Shown here in pieces: positions 27,949 through 32,000 of a stretch of 32,000 nucleotides of DNA. The notes under the pieces are model-generated. The model worked only from the letters and a program-made list of their open reading frames with translations, was not told the origin of the DNA and made no database searches. This DNA is from Vibrio alginolyticus NBRC 15630 = ATCC 17749 (GTDB lineage Bacteria > Pseudomonadota > Gammaproteobacteria > Enterobacterales > Vibrionaceae). Both the position numbers and the translations under genes were made by a program. Position 1 is the first letter of the stretch, and the number at the start of each line of letters is the position of its first letter. The stretch is taken from positions 2,460,001 through 2,492,000 of the forward strand of contig NC_022349.1 of the NCBI RefSeq assembly GCF_000354175.2. Reading direction: 5' to 3'.

Positions 27949-28566
27949 ATGAATAAATTAGCGCTAATTTTGAGTCTTTTAGCCAGTTGCTCAGTATGGG
28001 CCCAAGGTAATATTGAGGCTGGTAAAGCAAAATCACAAACCTGTGTCGCCTGTCACGGAGCAGATGGCAACAGTGCAATAACAACGTACCCGAAACTCGC
28101 AGGCCAACACGCTAAGTATCTTGAGAAGCAGTTAAAAGAACTTAAGCTAGGCATGACAAGTGGTGGTAAACAAGGTCGTTACGATCCTGTAATGAGTGGT
28201 ATGGCAATGCCACTGAGCGATGAAGATATCGCAGACCTATCTGCTTACTACGCTTCGCTACCAGTTTCAGAAAACTCAACACCTGAAGATGTAGTAGCAA
28301 AAGGCAAAACGCTTTATACCGCTGGTGATGCCGAGCGTGGCCTAACCGCATGTATTGCATGTCATGGTCCTCGTGGCAATGGTACTGAGCTTTCAGGTTT
28401 CCCGAAAATTTCTGGTCAGCATGCTGACTACATCAAAGCTCAGCTAGAAAAATTCCGTGATGGCGACCGTGGTAATGATATGAATGCCATGATGCGCGAC
28501 ATCGCGAAGAAAATGACAGACGAAGATATCGAAGTGCTGTCTAAATACGTTGGCGGTCTGCACTAA
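27949..28566 (+). CDS. di-haem cytochrome c4
   Basis: Signal peptide. Two CXXCH haem sites (CVACH, CIACH), each followed by a ...SGMAM/...NAMM Met-ligand region. 205 aa. Confidence 0.88.
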   Translation: MNKLALILSLLASCSVWAQGNIEAGKAKSQTCVACHGADGNSAITTYPKLAGQHAKYLEKQLKELKLGMTSGGKQGRYDPVMSGMAMPLSDEDIADLSAYYASLPVSENSTPEDVVAKGKTLYTAGDAERGLTACIACHGPRGNGTELSGFPKISGQHADYIKAQLEKFRDGDRGNDMNAMMRDIAKKMTDEDIEVLSKYVGGLH

Positions 28567-28647
28567 TATACCTAAATCGCTCAAGAACCTGCATCTTGAG
28601 CTGGTTGGGTAGATGTCCCTACATCGTTCGAGCAACTTGTAACAAAA

Positions 28648-28678
28648 ATGCCCTAGTGAATCCACTAGGCATTTTTGT
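28648..28678 (+). terminator. rho-independent terminator after cytochrome c4
   Basis: ATGCCCTAGTG-AATC-CACTAGGCAT (one bulge), followed by TTTTGTT. Confidence 0.65.
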
Positions 28679-28679
28679 T

Positions 28680-28695
28680 CGTGACAGATATCACA
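28680..28695. promoter_or_regulatory. CRP-type binding site
   Basis: CGTGA-CAGATA-TCACA matches TGTGA-N6-TCACA at 9 of 10 positions. It lies about 200 bp upstream of the predicted Csr sRNA start. Confidence 0.45.
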
Positions 28696-28853
28696 GTCGA
28701 GTTTGGATGCGAAAGCGATAGTTGGCTCGGCAGTTTGTGAGACATTTGCCATACTTGATGTTGGCTTTTTCTTGTTAGTGTTTTTAAGTTTTTGATTAAA
28801 TGATAATTTTGATTTTTTAGAAAAATAGGCGGATTATTTTTTCAACCCATTAC

Positions 28854-28881
28854 TTGTGAGCATAACGGGATGGCGTAAAGT
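28854..28881 (+). promoter_or_regulatory. putative sigma-70 promoter of the Csr sRNA
   Basis: TTGTGA (28854-28859), a 16-nt spacer, then TAAAGT (28876-28881). Confidence 0.35.
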
Positions 28882-28887
28882 AGAAGT

Positions 28888-29234
28888 CGTTCACAGGGAG
28901 TGAATGTAAGGATTTAAGACCACGGTTTAGGTCTCCAAGGATGTAGCTCGGATGCTTGGTGATTTAGAAAGGGATTTAGATAGGTAGGGAGCCTATCAGA
29001 TAAGGATGGTCATCTCGTCTGACGGTTAAGACAGTGAAACGGATCAGGCACAGGAAGTTGCTCAGTAGACAGGAAGTAAACGGATAGCCAAAATTCATCA
29101 GGAAGATGAAAAACAACTCTTTTTGGCAGGGAAAGCTCTAAAAACAAAGGGATCATTGGTGCACCAAATGTGTGCAACACAGTTTCGCCAATTGATGGCA
29201 CTTAGAAAGCGACAGTCTGACTGTCGCTTTTTTT
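28888..29234 (+). ncRNA. CsrB/CsrC-family CsrA-sequestering sRNA
   Basis: There are 14 GGA motifs in about 260 nt (28897-29152), almost all in A(N)GGA context (AAGGAU, ACGGAU, CAGGAA, AGGGAU). No credible ORF. Strong terminator GCGACAGTC-T-GACTGTCGC followed by T7 at 29209-29234. It lies between engB (yihA) and yihI, where E. coli csrC lies. The 5' end is estimated. Confidence 0.8.
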
Positions 29235-29404
29235 ATATCCGTTGACTTGCTCAGTCGTAACTTGAATTGATATTACTGCACTTATTTAGCGTTATAGGTT
29301 GTAAACAAAGTTTTTTAACAAAAATTGCTGAAAAAATACTCAACAACACTCCAATCCGAGTTCACTTTCTGGTATGTTTCGCATCCCTGTTTGAGGAAGT
29401 CAGC

Positions 29405-30043
29405 ATGCATACCTGTCCTTTATGCCAAAATCAGCGCACTCACCATTATTTTGAAGATAAGCGTCGTGAATATCTTCAATGTGAGCAGTGCAGCTTGGTA
29501 TTCGTAAATCCAGACCAACGTTTGGATGCGGAAAGCGAAAAAGCTCACTATGATTTGCATGAGAACAACCCCGATGATTTGGGTTACCGACGCTTTTTGT
29601 CGCGTATTACTGACCCGATCACAGAGCGAATTTCTCCACAATCAAATGGTATCGACTTTGGTTGTGGTCCTGGCCCAACGCTCTCCTTGATGCTGGAAGA
29701 GGCGGGGCACAACATGGCGTTGTACGATCTCTACTACCACCCTGATACGTCGGTTTTAGAAAAAACGTACGACTTCATGACAGCAACAGAGGTGATAGAG
29801 CACCTCTACCACCCAGATTTGGTGTGGAAGCAATGGTTGAATTTAGTTAAGCCAGGGGGCTGGATAGGCCTGATGACGAAAATGGTCATCGACGTGGAGG
29901 CTTTCAAATCATGGCATTATAAGAACGATCTCACTCACGTAGTGTTCTTTAGTCGTGACACGTTCCAGTTCCTAGCAGAGCGGGATAAGCTCGAACTCGA
30001 ATTTATTGGTAATGATGTAATTTTACTGAGGAAACCCCAGTAA
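29405..30043 (+). CDS. class I SAM-dependent methyltransferase with an N-terminal Cys4 zinc ribbon
   Basis: ATG 29405 with GAGGAAG SD. CPLC...CEQC is followed by the SAM motif IDFGCGPGP. ORF-track start 29267 lies just after the sRNA terminator and lacks an SD. Confidence 0.75.
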   Translation: MHTCPLCQNQRTHHYFEDKRREYLQCEQCSLVFVNPDQRLDAESEKAHYDLHENNPDDLGYRRFLSRITDPITERISPQSNGIDFGCGPGPTLSLMLEEAGHNMALYDLYYHPDTSVLEKTYDFMTATEVIEHLYHPDLVWKQWLNLVKPGGWIGLMTKMVIDVEAFKSWHYKNDLTHVVFFSRDTFQFLAERDKLELEFIGNDVILLRKPQ

Positions 30044-30585
30044 TGAGCCGTAGTAAAAAATCTAGAAAACCGGGTGCCGCTGGTGCACCTGAGTTTGTTG
30101 TAACTCGTAACCGTACAGAATCTGATGTGGAAGGCCGCTTACGCAAGCGTGCTAAAAAGCGTAAAGGTCTGAAAACGGGTAACCGTAACTCAGAAGTTAA
30201 CGAGCAGAAAAAGCAAGCTGCTGCACAAAATCGCGACCCGCGCTTAGGCAGCAAAAAGAAAATACCTCTGATTGTTGAACCTGCGAAGAAAATGACGAAG
30301 CAAGAGCGTCGTTTGTCGGCAGAGCAAGAACTAGAGATGCTAGAAAATGACGCGCAATTGAACGTGTTGCTAGACCGTATTGAAGCGGGTGAAAACCTGG
30401 GCACAGGTCTACAGAAATTCGTCGATGAGAAACTCGATCGCATTGAGAAGCTAATGGACCAACTAGGTTTGTTGGAACCTGAAGAAGAGGAAGACTTCAC
30501 TGCACCTGCTGAGAAAAGCACGCGCAACGATGATGACTTGCTGGCAGATTTCGACGACATTAATTTCGACGACTATAAAGGATAA
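30043..30585 (+). CDS. yihI: Der GTPase-activating protein YihI
   Basis: Lys/Arg-rich N-terminus, DPRLGSKKKIPL, LLDRIEAGE and an acidic C-terminus all parallel E. coli YihI. The start overlaps the upstream stop (TAATG). Confidence 0.88.
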   Translation: MSRSKKSRKPGAAGAPEFVVTRNRTESDVEGRLRKRAKKRKGLKTGNRNSEVNEQKKQAAAQNRDPRLGSKKKIPLIVEPAKKMTKQERRLSAEQELEMLENDAQLNVLLDRIEAGENLGTGLQKFVDEKLDRIEKLMDQLGLLEPEEEEDFTAPAEKSTRNDDDLLADFDDINFDDYKG

Positions 30586-30592
30586 TTAAGCT

Positions 30593-31081
30593 ATGAATGT
30601 AACCTTATTAGCTATTGCTGGTGTTGTGATTATCATCGCACTCGCTTCTTATGCAGGTTACCTTCTGCTTCAATTGAAAAAGCAAAAGGAATTGCAGCTG
30701 AAGCATCAAAAATTGGCGATAGACAAACGTAACGCCAACATTTTTGAGAATGTGCATACCTTGTGTCAGGCGGGCATTCAAGGGCAGTGCGATTTATCTG
30801 AAATCAGTATCCGTGTGTATAACATCATGGATTATGTACAAGGTGAAGACCGCGTTGATTTCGATAAAACGTACCCTGCGATTTCTGAGCTTTACCACAT
30901 AGTGAAAGATATGGCGCGTGGCGAAGAACGCCAACAACTTGCCAAGAAAGAGCGTATGCAACAGAACTTGACGCGTCATAAAGCGGAAAGCCGCCTCACT
31001 GATGCGATTATTGAGGAGCTCAAAGTGTTGCAGAAAAACGTCCAGCCACTGAATAATCAAATCAATATTCAGATGATTTAA
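30593..31081 (+). CDS. membrane-anchored protein, probably DUF2489 family
   Basis: 162 aa with one N-terminal TM helix followed by a helical domain. Conserved position between yihI and hemN. The family assignment is from memory only. Confidence 0.55.
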   Translation: MNVTLLAIAGVVIIIALASYAGYLLLQLKKQKELQLKHQKLAIDKRNANIFENVHTLCQAGIQGQCDLSEISIRVYNIMDYVQGEDRVDFDKTYPAISELYHIVKDMARGEERQQLAKKERMQQNLTRHKAESRLTDAIIEELKVLQKNVQPLNNQINIQMI

Positions 31082-31265
31082 GCGCGACCCCCAATAGTCT
31101 CCTTATGACTAATGGGGGTATCGTGATCACGCTAGCACTTCTTTAGTTTTATACTTAAAAAGCCAGTCGGCGTTGCCACGCTTGTCATCGTCGTATGGCA
31201 AAATAGCGGCTCTGAATATCGGGTGACGGCTTTCGTTGCCCTAGCATTTAACGGAAAGTACCACC

Positions 31266-32000
31266 ATGTCGAATCAACACACTGAATCGAAACAGCAAAT
31301 CGTCTGGGATCAAGCGGTATTGGATAAGTACAACTATTCCGGGCCTCGTTATACGTCGTACCCAACGGCGCTGGAGTTTCATGAAGCGTTCACCATTTCT
31401 GATTATGATATGGCATGCACTCAATACCCAGAACGCCCATTATCGCTGTACGTACACATTCCGTTCTGTCACAAGCTTTGTTACTACTGTGGATGTAATA
31501 AAGTCATTACACGCCATTCGCACAAAGCGGATGAATACCTCGACGTGCTTGAACACGAAATTCGTCAACGTGCTGCATTACTTGTTGGTCGCACCGTGAC
31601 GCAATTGCATTTTGGTGGTGGTACACCGACGTTTCTCTCTGAAAAGCAAATCACGCGTGTAATGAGCCTGCTACGCCAAGAGTTTACTTTTAGTAGCGAT
31701 GCTGAAATCAGTATCGAGGTTGACCCGCGTGAAATCGAGCTGACCATGCTGGATCATCTGCGTAGTGAAGGCTTCAATCGCTTGAGCATCGGTGTTCAGG
31801 ACTTCAACAAAGAAGTGCAAAAGCTGGTGAATCGTGAGCAAGATGAAGAGTTCATCGTTGCGATGGTTGCGCGCGCAAAAGAGTTAGGCTTTCGTTCGAC
31901 GAACCTAGATTTAATTTACGGTTTACCGAAGCAGACCAAAGAATCTTTTGCCAAGACTCTAGAACAAGTGCTAGAGATGCAGCCGGGCCGTCTATCCGTG
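31266..32000 (+). CDS. hemN: oxygen-independent coproporphyrinogen III oxidase HemN (radical SAM), 5' part; continues beyond the window
   Basis: Absent from the ORF track because there is no stop in the window. My translation gives MSNQHTESKQQIVWDQAVLDKYNYSGPRYTSYPTA...LYVHIPFCHKLCYYCGCNK, which has the CxxxCxxC radical-SAM cluster motif and the HemN-specific N-terminus. The frame is open to 32000. Confidence 0.9.
   Translation, partial: MSNQHTESKQQIVWDQAVLDKYNYSGPRYTSYPTALEFHEAFTISDYDMACTQYPERPLSLYVHIPFCHKLCYYCGCNKVITRHSHKADEYLDVLEHEIRQRAALLVGRTVTQLHFGGGTPTFLSEKQITRVMSLLRQEFTFSSDAEISIEVDPREIELTMLDHLRSEGFNRLSIGVQDFNKEVQKLVNREQDEEFIVAMVARAKELGFRSTNLDLIYGLPKQTKESFAKTLEQVLEMQPGRLSV

Noticed and set aside
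28142-28752. Minus-strand ORFs 28142..28360 and 28444..28752
   Set aside because: Antisense to cytochrome c4. The second also runs across its terminator and the CRP-like site.
29010-29201. ORF 29010..29201 (-), 63 aa
   Set aside because: It lies wholly inside the GGA-rich Csr sRNA, on the opposite strand. No SD. The region is better explained as non-coding RNA.
29267-29404. Long N-terminal extension of the methyltransferase ORF
   Set aside because: It starts about 30 nt after the sRNA terminator and has no SD. ATG 29405 has a GAGGAAG SD and begins at the zinc-ribbon motif.
30003-30560. ORF 30003..30560 (-), 185 aa, Ser-rich
   Set aside because: A low-complexity mirror ORF, antisense to the Lys/Glu-rich yihI gene.
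31196-31210. Sigma-54-like TGGCAA-N5-CGGC upstream of hemN
   Set aside because: The GG-N10-GC spacing is right, but both hexamer flanks deviate from consensus. There is no supporting logic for RpoN control of hemN, so it is treated as a chance match.
31132-31747. ORFs 31132..31365 (-), 31381..31599 (+) and 31565..31747 (-)
   Set aside because: They overlap the hemN reading frame (31266 onward), which carries the radical-SAM CxxxCxxC motif.

Overview
The window reads as conserved core chromosome of a Vibrio-like gammaproteobacterium. This is judged by eye from protein similarity to E. coli homologues I remember and from E. coli-like synteny; no database search was possible.

Gene order, left to right:
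- A truncated sigma-54 enhancer-binding protein (EBP).
- A stress-protein neighbourhood: osmY-ytjA-lipoprotein, a hemerythrin protein, a phosphatase/lipid-kinase fusion, a PA2169-like protein, and yqjD/yqjE/yqjK-like genes. Three sigma-54 (-24/-12) promoter matches sit in it.
- An AI-2E transporter, a PAS-GGDEF-EAL protein and an EamA transporter.
- rmuC, ubiE-ubiJ-ubiB and tatABC.
- An intact IS3-family insertion sequence.
- A TatD-family hydrolase, hemB and a GNAT acetyltransferase.
- ryhB, polA, spf (Spot 42), engB, cytochrome c4 and a CsrB/CsrC-family sRNA.
- A methyltransferase, yihI, a DUF2489-like protein and the 5' part of hemN.

I see no CRISPR array, no rRNA or tRNA, and no recognisable defence or secretion island.

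Four things seem most worth follow-up:
1. An orphan EBP with a degenerate receiver domain lies next to three sigma-54 promoters. They drive homologues of genes that are RpoS-dependent in E. coli.
2. The 23.0-29.2 kb stretch is rich in non-coding RNA that the ORF track cannot show: RyhB with a Fur box, Spot 42, a further terminator-defined sRNA candidate, and a GGA-rich Csr sponge with a CRP site upstream.
3. The IS3 element is inserted exactly between tatC and its terminator, with a 3-bp target duplication.
4. A membrane-anchored phosphatase/lipid-kinase fusion carries a perfect 12-bp in-frame tandem duplication.

All functional calls rest on motifs and remembered homologue sequences and should be confirmed by BLAST, HMM or Rfam searches.
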